Assembly (NCBI GenBank): GCA_045596905.1
Contig: JAZODG010000047.1
Coordinates: 1 to 60,711 of the forward strand
Direction of reading: 5' to 3'
Origin: Clostridia bacterium
GTDB taxonomy: Bacteria; Bacillota; Clostridia; Christensenellales; UBA1242
DNA length: 60,711 nucleotides
Shown here: positions 19,097 to 28,536 of the stretch, one piece after another
How the letters are laid out: each line of letters starts with the position of its first letter
How positions within the stretch are numbered: the first letter of the stretch is position 1
The notes under the pieces: model-generated
What the model saw: the letters and a program-made list of their open reading frames with translations, nothing else
Database searches by the model: none
What the model was told of the DNA's origin: nothing
Translations under genes and position numbers: made by a program

Positions 19097-20425
19097 GTGG
19101 GATTATTTGATTCATTAGGCGAAAGACTAAACCACATATTTTCAAAACTCACAAAGCACGGCAAACTTACTGAACTTGAAATTAAACAAGCTATGCGTGA
19201 AGTTCGTGTTGCGCTTTTAGAAGCCGATGTAAACTTTTTGGTTGCAAAAGACTTCATTAACAAAGTTTCTGAAAAAGCTGTTGGTGAAGCAATTTTGAAC
19301 AGCTTGACTCCTGGTCAACAGGTTATAAAGATTGTTCGTGATGAGCTTATTTCACTCATGGGTGAAACAAACTCAAAGCTTGAAGTTAGTTCAAATCCAC
19401 CAACCGTCATCATGATGTGTGGTTTGCAAGGTGCAGGTAAGACAACTATGTGTGGAAAACTTGCATTTATGCTCAAAAAACAAGGCAAAAAACCTTTGCT
19501 TGCTGCGTGTGACATTTATCGTCCAGCTGCGATTGAACAACTTCGTATTGGTGCAAAAAACGCTGGTGTTGATTTCTTTGAAAAAGGCACAGCAAATCCT
19601 GTAAAGATTGCAAAAGAAGCTATTGCTCAGGCAAAAAAGATGGGCAATGACACAGTTATTATTGATACAGCGGGTCGTCTTCAAATTAATGAAGAACTTA
19701 TGAAAGAGCTTGAAAATATCAAGAAAGAAGTCAATCCAACTGAAATTCTTTTAACAATCGACGCAATGACAGGTCAAGAATCTGTTAACGTTGCAAAAGA
19801 GTTCAATGAGCGTCTTGAAATTTCGGGTGTTATTGTTACAAAGCTTGACGGTGACACACGTGGTGGTGTGGCTCTTTCAGTTAAAGCAGTGACTGGCAAA
19901 CCTATCAAGTTCTGTGGCGTTGGTGAAAAGATTGGTGATATTGAACCATTCCACCCAGACAGAATGGCGTCAAGAATACTTGGCATGGGCGACGTACTCA
20001 CTCTTATCGACAAGGCACAAGCTGCAGTTGATGAAGCAGAGCTAAAAAAGGTTGAAGAAAACCTTAGAAAAAACACATTCACTCTTGAAGATTTCTTGAT
20101 TCAATTTGAGCAAATTGGAAAGATGGGAAACCTTGCTGACCTTGTGGGAATGATTCCTGGTATGGGTGCAAAGTTCAAGGCTACTGATATTGACGAAACC
20201 AAGATGAAAAAATATAAGGCGATTATTCAGTCAATGACTAAAAAAGAACGCCTTAATCCAGACTCAATCAAGGCTAGCAACAGAAAAAGAATTGCTGCTG
20301 GAAGTGCAACAACAATTCAAGATGTTAACGGCTTGATGAAGCAGTTTGAACAAACCAAACAAATGATGAAGAACATGAATAGTGGAAAACTTCAAAAGAT
20401 GCTTGGTGGAAAATTTAAATTCTAA
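19097..20425 (+). CDS. ffh: Signal recognition particle protein Ffh
   Basis: GLQGAGKTT, DTAGR, TKLDGD, Met-rich M domain. GTG start after AAGGAG. Confidence 0.95.
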   Translation: MGLFDSLGERLNHIFSKLTKHGKLTELEIKQAMREVRVALLEADVNFLVAKDFINKVSEKAVGEAILNSLTPGQQVIKIVRDELISLMGETNSKLEVSSNPPTVIMMCGLQGAGKTTMCGKLAFMLKKQGKKPLLAACDIYRPAAIEQLRIGAKNAGVDFFEKGTANPVKIAKEAIAQAKKMGNDTVIIDTAGRLQINEELMKELENIKKEVNPTEILLTIDAMTGQESVNVAKEFNERLEISGVIVTKLDGDTRGGVALSVKAVTGKPIKFCGVGEKIGDIEPFHPDRMASRILGMGDVLTLIDKAQAAVDEAELKKVEENLRKNTFTLEDFLIQFEQIGKMGNLADLVGMIPGMGAKFKATDIDETKMKKYKAIIQSMTKKERLNPDSIKASNRKRIAAGSATTIQDVNGLMKQFEQTKQMMKNMNSGKLQKMLGGKFKF

Positions 20426-20485
20426 GCTCATTACAGCAGAAGCTGTGTATGATAAATAAAATAACAAATCGGAGGAAGAAGAAAG

Positions 20486-20746
20486 ATGGCAGTTAAAATG
20501 AGACTTACAAGATTAGGTGATAAAAAGAGTCCTTTTTATCGTATCGTAGTTGCTGATTCTAGAGTTGCTAGAGATGCAAAATATATTGATTTGGTTGGAA
20601 CATACAACCCAATCGCTAATCCTGAAGAAATCAAAATCGACAATGCAAAAGCTCAAGATTGGATCAAAAAAGGTGCTCAACCAACAGAAACAGTTAAAGC
20701 TCTTTTGGTAAAATCTGGTGCTATTGAAAGCAAGAAATCTAAATAA
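20486..20746 (+). CDS. rpsP: 30S ribosomal protein S16
   Basis: [26 protein letters not shown]. Confidence 0.95.
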   Translation: MAVKMRLTRLGDKKSPFYRIVVADSRVARDAKYIDLVGTYNPIANPEEIKIDNAKAQDWIKKGAQPTETVKALLVKSGAIESKKSK

Positions 20747-20760
20747 GTTCGGTGACGCAT

Positions 20761-20991
20761 ATGAAAGAGTTAGTTGAATTTATTGTAAAAAATCTTGTTA
20801 GCAATCCTGATGAAGTTTCTATTAGAGAAGAAGCAAAAGACAGAGAAACTGTTTATATTGTTCACATTGCTGAAGAAGATTTTGGTAAAATCATCGGAAG
20901 AAGTGGCAAGGTTGCAACAGCAATCAGAACAGTTGTTAGAACTTCTGCTAAAAAGAACAACAAACATGTGTTTGTAAAATTTGAAAAATAA
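20761..20991 (+). CDS. khpA: KH-domain RNA-binding protein (YlqC/KhpA family)
   Basis: GKIIGRSGKVATAIRTVV (GxxG KH motif), directly after rpsP. Confidence 0.85.
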   Translation: MKELVEFIVKNLVSNPDEVSIREEAKDRETVYIVHIAEEDFGKIIGRSGKVATAIRTVVRTSAKKNNKHVFVKFEK

Positions 20992-21012
20992 GGCTCACAG
21001 CCTTATTTTTTT
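20987..21012 (+). terminator. Rho-independent terminator after khpA
   Basis: AATAAGGCT-CAC-AGCCTTATT followed by a T-run. Confidence 0.8.
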
Positions 21013-21024
21013 ATTGTTTATTTA

Positions 21025-21053
21025 TTGATATTTCACACAAACTGTGATATTAT
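21025..21053 (+). promoter_or_regulatory. Sigma-A type promoter for gene 21079-aspS
   Basis: TTGATA (21025-21030), 17-nt spacer, TGA-TATTAT (21045-21053). Confidence 0.55.
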
Positions 21054-21078
21054 TATGTCGTATAAGGGGGAGACTAAT

Positions 21079-21981
21079 ATGGCTAGCTTTATTGTTCATA
21101 ACTTAAATCAAGTTACTGAGAGAATGAAAAAAGAAATGGCTTTGATTGAGTCGAAGATTGGAAAGAAAGTTCCTTTTCAAGACTATGTTGCAGTTTCAAT
21201 GGGTGCAATCATTGAAAGAGCAAAAAAAGAAAGAGTTATTTCATATGAAGATCAGTGTTTGATTGGTGGAATGCTTGGATATATGCTTCATGATGCTTAT
21301 TGTGAATCAAGAAAGCTTGATAAACCAAATGAAAATGGGCTTCCAAATAACCCACGTGAAAAGAAACTTACAGATCCGATGGATGCTGAATTTGTTCAGG
21401 CTGTTTTAGATGGAAAAATTCCACAAAGCGAAACACTTTATATTAAAGATGGTGTGGTTTGTATGGATATTGCAAATACTAATTTTGTGAATCTTTCTCC
21501 ATATTGGCAAAAAGACAACTTTATGGCAGGAAAAACGGCAGCAAGGTCTGTTATTACTTGTTGGGATGGTCTTACTCATGAAAACCCTGAAGTCCAAAAA
21601 TATGTGACCATTGCTGTGGCAAATGGTATTCACGAAGCATGGATTTCAAGAGATAACATTTATTATGATGAATATCAAGGTCAAATTTACACTAATCAAC
21701 AACTTGATACCGCATATATTTATCTTCCAGATGACGAAAAGGATAAAGACCTTGAGCATATGATTATGGCTAAATCGGTAATCGGTAAACTCTGCAAGAG
21801 TTTAACTCAAGCGAAAGAAGCAACGGCTACTGAAGTTAAGACTGATGGTCCACAGACAAGTGGTCCTGAAACTGATGCCCCAAAAGCAGATGTTCCAAAA
21901 GCAGATGAACCAAAACCAGAAACCCCGGAAACTGGAGCGCCTGAATCAGGTGAACCTGCAGGCTCTCAACCAGGTGAATAA
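21079..21981 (+). CDS. Hypothetical protein, possible RyR-domain-like core with a Pro/Glu/Ala-rich tail
   Basis: ATG 21079 follows AAGGGGGAG. VANGIHEAWISRD...YIYLPDDEKDKD resembles the RyR-domain signature (weak, from memory). The tail TDGPQTSGPETDAPKADVPKADEPKPETPETGAPESGEP is encoded by 15-nt repeats. Confidence 0.65.
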   Translation: MASFIVHNLNQVTERMKKEMALIESKIGKKVPFQDYVAVSMGAIIERAKKERVISYEDQCLIGGMLGYMLHDAYCESRKLDKPNENGLPNNPREKKLTDPMDAEFVQAVLDGKIPQSETLYIKDGVVCMDIANTNFVNLSPYWQKDNFMAGKTAARSVITCWDGLTHENPEVQKYVTIAVANGIHEAWISRDNIYYDEYQGQIYTNQQLDTAYIYLPDDEKDKDLEHMIMAKSVIGKLCKSLTQAKEATATEVKTDGPQTSGPETDAPKADVPKADEPKPETPETGAPESGEPAGSQPGE

Positions 21982-22000
21982 TATATAAGAAGGCGAAACT

Positions 22001-23734
22001 ATGGAAAAAATTACATTAAACAAATACAGAAACATTGACAATGGCAGTTTAAGACTTTCTGATGCAGGAAAGGTTGTTAAACTTGCAGGTTGGGTTGACA
22101 CAATCAGAAAACTTGGAGAACTCACATTTATTGTTCTTCGTGATAAATATGGCAAAACTCAAGTTGTTTTAAACAAAGAGTTTATTCCTTTAAACAAAGA
22201 AGACGTTATTTCGGTTGAAGGAAAGGTTATTGAAAGAGAAAGCAAGAACCCAAATATGCCAACAGGTGATATTGAGGTTGTTGCTGAAAGCATCACTATG
22301 CTTGGAAAATGCACCAGTGCACTTCCTTTTGAAATCAAAAATAGTGAACAAGTTGCTGAAGATATTAGACTTAAATATCGTTATCTTGACCTTAGAGCAG
22401 ACTATAACCAAAAAATGCTTAAACTTAGAAGCGACTTATTATTGTTTGTTAGAAATTATATGAACGAACAAAACTTCATGGAAGTTCAAACACCAATACT
22501 CACAGCTTCAAGCCCTGAAGGTGCAAGAGATTTCTTGGTTCCAAGCAGACTTAACCCTGGAAAGTTCTATGCACTTCCACAAGCACCACAACAATTTAAA
22601 CAATTATTGATGGTTTCAGGTGTTGATAGATATTTCCAAATTGCACCATGTTTTAGAGACGAAGACGCCCGTGCAGACAGAAGTCCAACAGAGTTCTATC
22701 AAATTGATATGGAAATGGCATTTGCGACTCAAGAAGACGTTTTTGAGATTGTTGAAGGTCTCTATAGAGCAATCTTTAAAAAGTTTGCAAACTTTGAAAT
22801 TTCTGACTTTAAGAGAATCAGTTATGCTGATGCGATTCGTGATTATTGTTCAGATAAGCCTGACCTTCGCAACCCACTCATTGTTCATGATGTAACTGAA
22901 ACATTTGCTGAAACAGAGTTTAGTGTGTTCCAAGGCAAGATAATCAAATGTATCAAAGCAAAAGCAGCTGACAAACCACGTAAATGGTTTGATAAACTCA
23001 CAGATTTCATCAAATCAAGAGAAGCAAAAGGTCTTGCATATTTTAACGTTGGTGAAAATGATGAGCTTTCAGGTGGTGCAGCAAAGTTTATGTCTGACAA
23101 AGAAAAGCTTTCACTTAAATATATGACAGGCTTTGAAGCAGGCGACACATTGTTCTTTATTGCTGATGAAGAAGAAAAGGCAATCAAGCTCACAAATGTT
23201 CTTCGTAATGAGCTTGGAAAACAACTTGAACTTATTGATCCAAACGACTACAAGTTCTGCTGGATTGTTGATTTCCCATTCTATGAAAAAGATGAAGACG
23301 GAAAGATTGCATTTTCACACAACCCATTCTCAATGCCACAAGGTACTTTGGAAGAGATTAAAAAAGCACCATTTAAGGCACTTGCTTATCAATATGACCT
23401 TGTTATTAACGGTTATGAAAGTTTGTCTGGGGCGGTTAGAAATCATGACCAAAACATGATGATTGAACTCTTTGCACTTGCTGGTTATGGAAAGGAAGTT
23501 GTTGAAAACAAATTCCCAGCACTTTATAACGCATTCTCATATGGTGCTCCACCACACGCTGGTTGCGCTCCTGGTTTTGATAGACTCATGATGCTTTTAA
23601 CTCACAATGAGTTTATTCGTGATATCTATGCATTCCCAATGAATAAGAATGCTCAAGACCCACTTTGCAACGCTCCAAACACTGTTGATGAAAAGTTGCT
23701 TCGTGATGTTCATATCAAAATTATTGAAGACTAA
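22001..23734 (+). CDS. aspS: Aspartate--tRNA ligase (bacterial type)
   Basis: Class II motifs FQIAPCFRDEDARADR and GAPPHAGCAPGFDRL; 577 aa with an insertion domain. Confidence 0.95.
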   Translation: MEKITLNKYRNIDNGSLRLSDAGKVVKLAGWVDTIRKLGELTFIVLRDKYGKTQVVLNKEFIPLNKEDVISVEGKVIERESKNPNMPTGDIEVVAESITMLGKCTSALPFEIKNSEQVAEDIRLKYRYLDLRADYNQKMLKLRSDLLLFVRNYMNEQNFMEVQTPILTASSPEGARDFLVPSRLNPGKFYALPQAPQQFKQLLMVSGVDRYFQIAPCFRDEDARADRSPTEFYQIDMEMAFATQEDVFEIVEGLYRAIFKKFANFEISDFKRISYADAIRDYCSDKPDLRNPLIVHDVTETFAETEFSVFQGKIIKCIKAKAADKPRKWFDKLTDFIKSREAKGLAYFNVGENDELSGGAAKFMSDKEKLSLKYMTGFEAGDTLFFIADEEEKAIKLTNVLRNELGKQLELIDPNDYKFCWIVDFPFYEKDEDGKIAFSHNPFSMPQGTLEEIKKAPFKALAYQYDLVINGYESLSGAVRNHDQNMMIELFALAGYGKEVVENKFPALYNAFSYGAPPHAGCAPGFDRLMMLLTHNEFIRDIYAFPMNKNAQDPLCNAPNTVDEKLLRDVHIKIIED

Positions 23735-23738
23735 ATCA

Positions 23739-23770
23739 AATAACTTCTTGGGTTTCCAAGAAGTTATTTT
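23739..23770 (+). terminator. Rho-independent terminator after aspS
   Basis: 13-bp stem AATAACTTCTTGG / CCAAGAAGTTATT, loop GTTT, then TT. Confidence 0.8.
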
Positions 23771-23773
23771 GTC

Positions 23774-23802
23774 TTTACTTAAATAAACTATTTTGTTATA
23801 AT
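23774..23802 (+). promoter_or_regulatory. Candidate sigma-A promoter for the ygjV-like pair
   Basis: TTTACT (23774-23779), 17-nt spacer, TGT-TATAAT (23794-23802). Confidence 0.45.
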
Positions 23803-23820
23803 CATATTATAGGGGATTAT

Positions 23821-24369
23821 ATGAACTATATTATATCGCAAATATTTGTAATTTTAGGATATACGGTTATAGCATTTTCATTTTTTACAAAAAATCGAAA
23901 ACTGATTTTGCTTTATAGTACGGCAGCTGTTTTGTGTCATGCTGCATCATATACATTTTTGTTAGCTTGGACTGGTGTTGCAATGAATGTTATTTCTCTT
24001 GGTAGAAATATAACATTTCAGATTCAAAATAAATATAAAAAAGAAAACGAAACAACTAGGGCTGAGTGGATTGCGCTTATTACAATTTGTGTTGTGTCAA
24101 CTATAGCGTGGATATTGACTTATGATGGAATCTTGAGTTTCTTTGCGCTTTCTGGAACACTTATTTACACATATGCTGTATGGCAAAAAAATGCAAAAGT
24201 GTATAATATTTTGTCAATTATCGGAAGTATTCAATGGATTGTCTATTATTTGTTTGTATTTTCGATATTTGGAATCATTCTTGAATGTATAATGCTGATT
24301 GTTGAAACAGTTGGAACCATAAGATATTTTAAGCAAGACAGAATGATGATGAAAAAAACTAATAAATAA
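23821..24369 (+). CDS. YgjV-family inner membrane protein (paralog 1)
   Basis: 182 aa, about 5-6 TM segments. The N-terminus MNYIISQIFVILGYTVIAFSFFTKNRK resembles the YgjV family from memory. Confidence 0.6.
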   Translation: MNYIISQIFVILGYTVIAFSFFTKNRKLILLYSTAAVLCHAASYTFLLAWTGVAMNVISLGRNITFQIQNKYKKENETTRAEWIALITICVVSTIAWILTYDGILSFFALSGTLIYTYAVWQKNAKVYNILSIIGSIQWIVYYLFVFSIFGIILECIMLIVETVGTIRYFKQDRMMMKKTNK

Positions 24370-24385
24370 AATTGTAGGAGAAGAT

Positions 24386-24940
24386 GTGGCGTATATACTA
24401 TCCCAAATTTTGGTTGTTATAACATATATTCTTTTGGGTGCAACATACTTTATAAAAGATAGAAAGTGGCTGCTGGTGGTGAGCTTGATTGCCATTGCGA
24501 CAAACGCTACGTCATACTTCTTTTTGAAAGCATGGGCTGGTGTAATGACCACGATTCTTGCACTTGTTAGAAACATTGTGTTTTTGATTCAAAATAAAGA
24601 CAAAAAAGATAAAATCAACTTTAATGACTGGGTGATTTTATCGGTATATATGATTATCCTTTCAGTTATTGCAGTGATAACATATGACGGATTCTTTAGT
24701 TTATTTTCAATTGTGTGTTCGTTAACATACACAATTGCAGTGTGGCAAAGAGACGAAAAAATTTATAAGATTTTAGGTATTGTTTCAAGCTTTTGTTCAA
24801 TTGTTTATTATGCTTATATATTGTCAATCTTTGGCTTAATTTTAGAATCAATTTTGTTTGTTGTTATTGTTGCTGGAACTATAAGATATTTTGCAAATGA
24901 AAAAGCGAAAAATCTAAAGAATAAAGTAATAGATTATTAA
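24386..24940 (+). CDS. YgjV-family inner membrane protein (paralog 2)
   Basis: 184 aa, collinear with paralog 1 (shared ...YDG..S.F......TY..AVWQ...K.Y.IL......S.IVYY...SIFG.ILE...). GTG start 5 nt after AGGAG. Confidence 0.6.
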   Translation: MAYILSQILVVITYILLGATYFIKDRKWLLVVSLIAIATNATSYFFLKAWAGVMTTILALVRNIVFLIQNKDKKDKINFNDWVILSVYMIILSVIAVITYDGFFSLFSIVCSLTYTIAVWQRDEKIYKILGIVSSFCSIVYYAYILSIFGLILESILFVVIVAGTIRYFANEKAKNLKNKVIDY

Positions 24941-24949
24941 AGGAAAATT

Positions 24950-25447
24950 ATGGAACTTATTGAAATTGGAAAGGTTGTTAAACTGCATGGATTTTTAGGT
25001 CAAATGAAGGTTAATGCTAAATTTGACAAAGATTTTAACTTGAAAAAAATTGATAGAATGTATGACGAAAAAAATAACGAATATGTTGTTTCAAGACTTT
25101 TTCAAACCAAAGATGCGATTGTTGTTGCTCTTGAAGGTGTTGACCTTGAAAAATCAAAGACGTTTATTAATAAATCATTGTTTATAAACAGAGAGCTTGT
25201 TGGTGATAAGATTTTGATTGAAGACTTAAAGGGTTCAGATGTTTTCTTTGAAGACGAAGAAAATATTGGAAAGATTGAAGATGTGCAAGATTATGGCGCG
25301 GCTGAAGTGTTCTTTTTAAAGTCAAAAACCGGCAAACAATTTATGTTTCCAAACGTAAAAGGTGTTATAACTTCATTTGATTATAAAACAAAAAAATTAG
25401 TGATTAATAAGGAAAAATTTAAGGAAGTTTGCGATTATGAAGATTGA
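24950..25447 (+). CDS. rimM: 16S rRNA processing protein RimM
   Basis: MELIEIGKVVKLHGFLGQMKV, upstream of trmD. Confidence 0.9.
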   Translation: MELIEIGKVVKLHGFLGQMKVNAKFDKDFNLKKIDRMYDEKNNEYVVSRLFQTKDAIVVALEGVDLEKSKTFINKSLFINRELVGDKILIEDLKGSDVFFEDEENIGKIEDVQDYGAAEVFFLKSKTGKQFMFPNVKGVITSFDYKTKKLVINKEKFKEVCDYED

Positions 25448-26114
25448 TATTTTGACGCTGTTTCCTGAAATGTTTTCGCCACTTGAAACCAGCATTATGG
25501 GAAGAGCGAAAAAAGACGGAAAGATTGAAATTAATGTCATAAATATTAGAGATTATTCAAAAGATAAGCACAAAAAGTGTGATGATTATACTTTTGGTGG
25601 TGGTCCAGGAATGCTTATGATGCCACAGCCTATTTATGACGCAATAGTTTCAATTGATGGTTATGAAAAAGCGCATAAAATTTACATGAGTCCAAAGGGA
25701 AGAGTTTTTTCGCAAGGCTTGTCACGTCAGTATGCCAAAAACTATGACCATATTATTATTTTGTGTGGACATTATGAAGGCGTTGATCAACGTGTTATAG
25801 ACCTGCTTATTGATGAAGAAATCTCTATTGGTGATTATGTTTTGACAGGAGGAGAACTTCCTGCGATGGTTGTTGTTGATGCACTTTCAAGACATATTGA
25901 AGGGGTTTTGCATTCAAGTGATTCAACTGAAAGTGAATCGTTTGAAGGCGGGCTTTTAGAATATCCACAATACACAAAACCAAGAGAGTTTATGGGGCTT
26001 TCGGTTCCAGATGTTTTGGTGTCTGGTGACCATGGAAAGATTGATAAGTGGAGAAAAGAACAGGCTGAGATTATCACAAAAAATCGCAGACCTGATATTA
26101 TGGAAGAAAATTAA
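25437..26114 (+). CDS. trmD: tRNA (guanine37-N1)-methyltransferase TrmD
   Basis: MKIDILTLFPEMF, GGELPAMVVVDA. Confidence 0.95.
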   Translation: MKIDILTLFPEMFSPLETSIMGRAKKDGKIEINVINIRDYSKDKHKKCDDYTFGGGPGMLMMPQPIYDAIVSIDGYEKAHKIYMSPKGRVFSQGLSRQYAKNYDHIIILCGHYEGVDQRVIDLLIDEEISIGDYVLTGGELPAMVVVDALSRHIEGVLHSSDSTESESFEGGLLEYPQYTKPREFMGLSVPDVLVSGDHGKIDKWRKEQAEIITKNRRPDIMEEN

Positions 26115-26126
26115 AAAGGAAAGATT

Positions 26127-26963
26127 ATGAAAGATTCAAAGTGGTTTCCAGGGCATATGAAAAATGCCATGACAGATATTGAAGAAACAAAAATTAAGCT
26201 TGCAGATTGCATATTATATGTGCTTGACAGTAGGGCGCCTTATGCATGCATGAATCCTTTTGTTGACAAGATTGTTCACAATAAGCCAATTATTTATGTT
26301 TTAAATAAAATTGACCTTTCTGATGATGATAGAACACAAGAAATAAAACAAGATTTTATTTCAAAAGGAAAAACTGTTATCACAGTTAGTGCAAACTCAA
26401 ATCAATTTAGAAATAGCGTTAAAAACGCAATAAAAACCGTTCTGGCTGAAAAGATTGAGAGAAATAAACAAAAGGGTGTAAATGCCACATACAAGGTTAT
26501 TATTTTGGGTGTTCCAAACACAGGAAAGAGCACGCTTATAAACATGCTTTGTGGCTCAAAAAAAGCCGTGACAGGCAACATTGCAGGTGTTACAAGAGTG
26601 AACTCTTGGCTTAAAATTGATGAAATGTTCACCATGCTTGACACTCCTGGTATTTTGTGGCCAAGATTTCATGAAGAACTTTCTCATAACCTTGCTTTTA
26701 TCGGCTGTCTTTCAGATAAAGAGTTTGATATGACAGATATGGGCTTTGAACTCATGCAACTTGTTTATGAAAAATATCCAGACCTTGTTAAGGCAAAATA
26801 TGATATTGATTATGACAGAGAAGAGTTTATTGAAATATATGACCAACTTTGCGAAAAACGTGGATTTATCATGCGTGGCAGAGAAATAGATTATCACAGA
26901 GCCGGAAAGACTTTCGTTGATGATTTTAGAGCTGGAAAGCTTGGAAAAATTACACTTGACTAG
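26127..26963 (+). CDS. rbgA: Ribosome biogenesis GTPase A (YlqF)
   Basis: WFPGHM; circularly permuted G motifs NKIDL ... GVPNTGKST ... DTPG. Confidence 0.92.
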   Translation: MKDSKWFPGHMKNAMTDIEETKIKLADCILYVLDSRAPYACMNPFVDKIVHNKPIIYVLNKIDLSDDDRTQEIKQDFISKGKTVITVSANSNQFRNSVKNAIKTVLAEKIERNKQKGVNATYKVIILGVPNTGKSTLINMLCGSKKAVTGNIAGVTRVNSWLKIDEMFTMLDTPGILWPRFHEELSHNLAFIGCLSDKEFDMTDMGFELMQLVYEKYPDLVKAKYDIDYDREEFIEIYDQLCEKRGFIMRGREIDYHRAGKTFVDDFRAGKLGKITLD

Positions 26964-26970
26964 GTGAGAA

Positions 26971-27591
26971 ATGACAAAAATAAAAGAAGAAACTGATAAA
27001 CTTAAATTTGAAAGAGAAGAAGAAAGCAAAGGTCATTTTTTGATAGCAGGCGTTGATGAAGTTGGTCGTGGACCACTTGCAGGCCCTGTGTGTGTGGCGT
27101 GTGTAATGATGCCACTTGATGACATTATTGAAGGTGTTGATGACAGCAAAAAGATTTCTGAAAAAAAGAGAAATTTGATTGCAGAGCAAATCAAAGAAAA
27201 GGCGATTTGTTATACAGTTGAGCTTGTTGATGAAGACACTATTGATAAAATCAACATTCTTGAAGCAACCAAGCTTGCGATGAAAAGAGCGATTGAGAAC
27301 ATGCAAATAAAACCAGATGTTGTGCTTGTTGACGCAATTTCAAAGCTTGATGTTGATGTGAATATTAGGGGTATTATAAAAGGCGATGCTCTTAGTTATT
27401 CAATTGGTTGCGCTAGTATTTTAGCGAAAGTCACCAGAGATAACTTGATGTGTGAACTAGCACAAGAATATCCTGAGTATGGGTTTGAAAAACACAAAGG
27501 CTATGGCACAAAAGCACATATTGATGCAATAAAAGAGCATGGACCATGCGTGTATCACAGACTTTCATTTTTGAAGTTTTTGGATAAATAA
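26971..27591 (+). CDS. rnhB: Ribonuclease HII
   Basis: GVDEVGRGPLAGPV, DDSKK. Confidence 0.93.
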   Translation: MTKIKEETDKLKFEREEESKGHFLIAGVDEVGRGPLAGPVCVACVMMPLDDIIEGVDDSKKISEKKRNLIAEQIKEKAICYTVELVDEDTIDKINILEATKLAMKRAIENMQIKPDVVLVDAISKLDVDVNIRGIIKGDALSYSIGCASILAKVTRDNLMCELAQEYPEYGFEKHKGYGTKAHIDAIKEHGPCVYHRLSFLKFLDK

Positions 27592-27592
27592 T

Positions 27593-28048
27593 ATGTTTAA
27601 TGAAAATGTTTGGAAAGAAGGCGAAAAACAGACTGCTGACTATATGAAAAAGAAAGGTTTTAAGGTTCTTAAAACCAATTTTTCTTGTGTTGGAGTTGAG
27701 CTTGATATTATTTCAATCTTGCCAAAAGAAGTTCAGGTGAAGTCGTTAAAACATAAACTTAAGTTGCAGCTTTCGGGCAGAGACAAACAAGAAAAAAAGA
27801 TGCTGAAAAAGAGTTTTAAGACGCTCATGAAATCGGCAAAAGACTTGCTTGTTATAACCGAAGTTAAGGCTAGGTCAAACTCAAGTTTTGGAATAGGAGC
27901 TGAAGCTGTTTCAGAACAAAAGCGACACAATATTGTGCGTGGTGCAAGGTACCTTCAGACCTTGCCTGAATATCAAAATTATCAAATCAGATTTGATGTT
28001 GCAAGTATTGATAACGGGAAAATATCATATATCGAAGGCGCTTTTTAA
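27593..28048 (+). CDS. yraN: YraN-family (UPF0102) endonuclease-like protein with a Lys-rich insertion
   Basis: GEKQTADYMKKKGFKVL ... ELDII ... VITEVKARS ... QKRHNIVRGARYL. It follows rnhB, as in many Firmicutes. Confidence 0.75.
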   Translation: MFNENVWKEGEKQTADYMKKKGFKVLKTNFSCVGVELDIISILPKEVQVKSLKHKLKLQLSGRDKQEKKMLKKSFKTLMKSAKDLLVITEVKARSNSSFGIGAEAVSEQKRHNIVRGARYLQTLPEYQNYQIRFDVASIDNGKISYIEGAF

Positions 28049-28078
28049 TTATAAAATAATAAATTTGTAAAAAAGTGC

Positions 28079-28107
28079 TTGATTTTATATTTTGCTTGTG
28101 ATATAAT
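28079..28107 (+). promoter_or_regulatory. Sigma-A type promoter for rplS
   Basis: TTGATT (28079-28084), 17-nt spacer, TGA-TATAAT (28099-28107). Confidence 0.6.
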
Positions 28108-28188
28108 CTTGTCGTGAATTATGAGTGGTCCTCTGCACCAAGAGCTAGCACGAACACTCATTCGTACTTTTTTAAAGGAGGAAAACCT
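28108..28188 (+). promoter_or_regulatory. Structured rplS 5' leader (candidate L19 autoregulatory leader)
   Basis: ATGAGTG ... CACTCAT encloses a 27-nt GC-richer segment and is followed by TCGTACTTTTTT and the SD AAAGGAGG. Confidence 0.45.
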
Positions 28189-28530
28189 ATGAATATCATT
28201 GATACAATCGAAAAAGAAGGTATGCGCACTGATATTCCTGAATTTAGCGTTGGTGACACTGTTAGCGTTTTCGTTAAAGTTGTTGAAGGCACACGTGAAA
28301 GATTACAGGCATTCGAAGGTGTGGTTATAGCTCGTAAAAATGGTGGCATTAGAGAAACATTCACTGTTCGTCGTATATCTTTTGGAATTGGTGTTGAGAG
28401 AACATTCCCACTTCACTCTCCAAAAATTGATCATATTCAAGTAGTTCGTAAAGGTGTTGTTAGACGTGCTAAACTCTACTACCTTAAAGGCAAAACTGCT
28501 AAGAACGCAAGAATCAAAGAAGCTAGATAA
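28189..28530 (+). CDS. rplS: 50S ribosomal protein L19
   Basis: [25 protein letters not shown]... Start moved from track 28114 to ATG 28189 after AAAGGAGG. Confidence 0.95.
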   Translation: MNIIDTIEKEGMRTDIPEFSVGDTVSVFVKVVEGTRERLQAFEGVVIARKNGGIRETFTVRRISFGIGVERTFPLHSPKIDHIQVVRKGVVRRAKLYYLKGKTAKNARIKEAR

Positions 28531-28536
28531 TTTATT

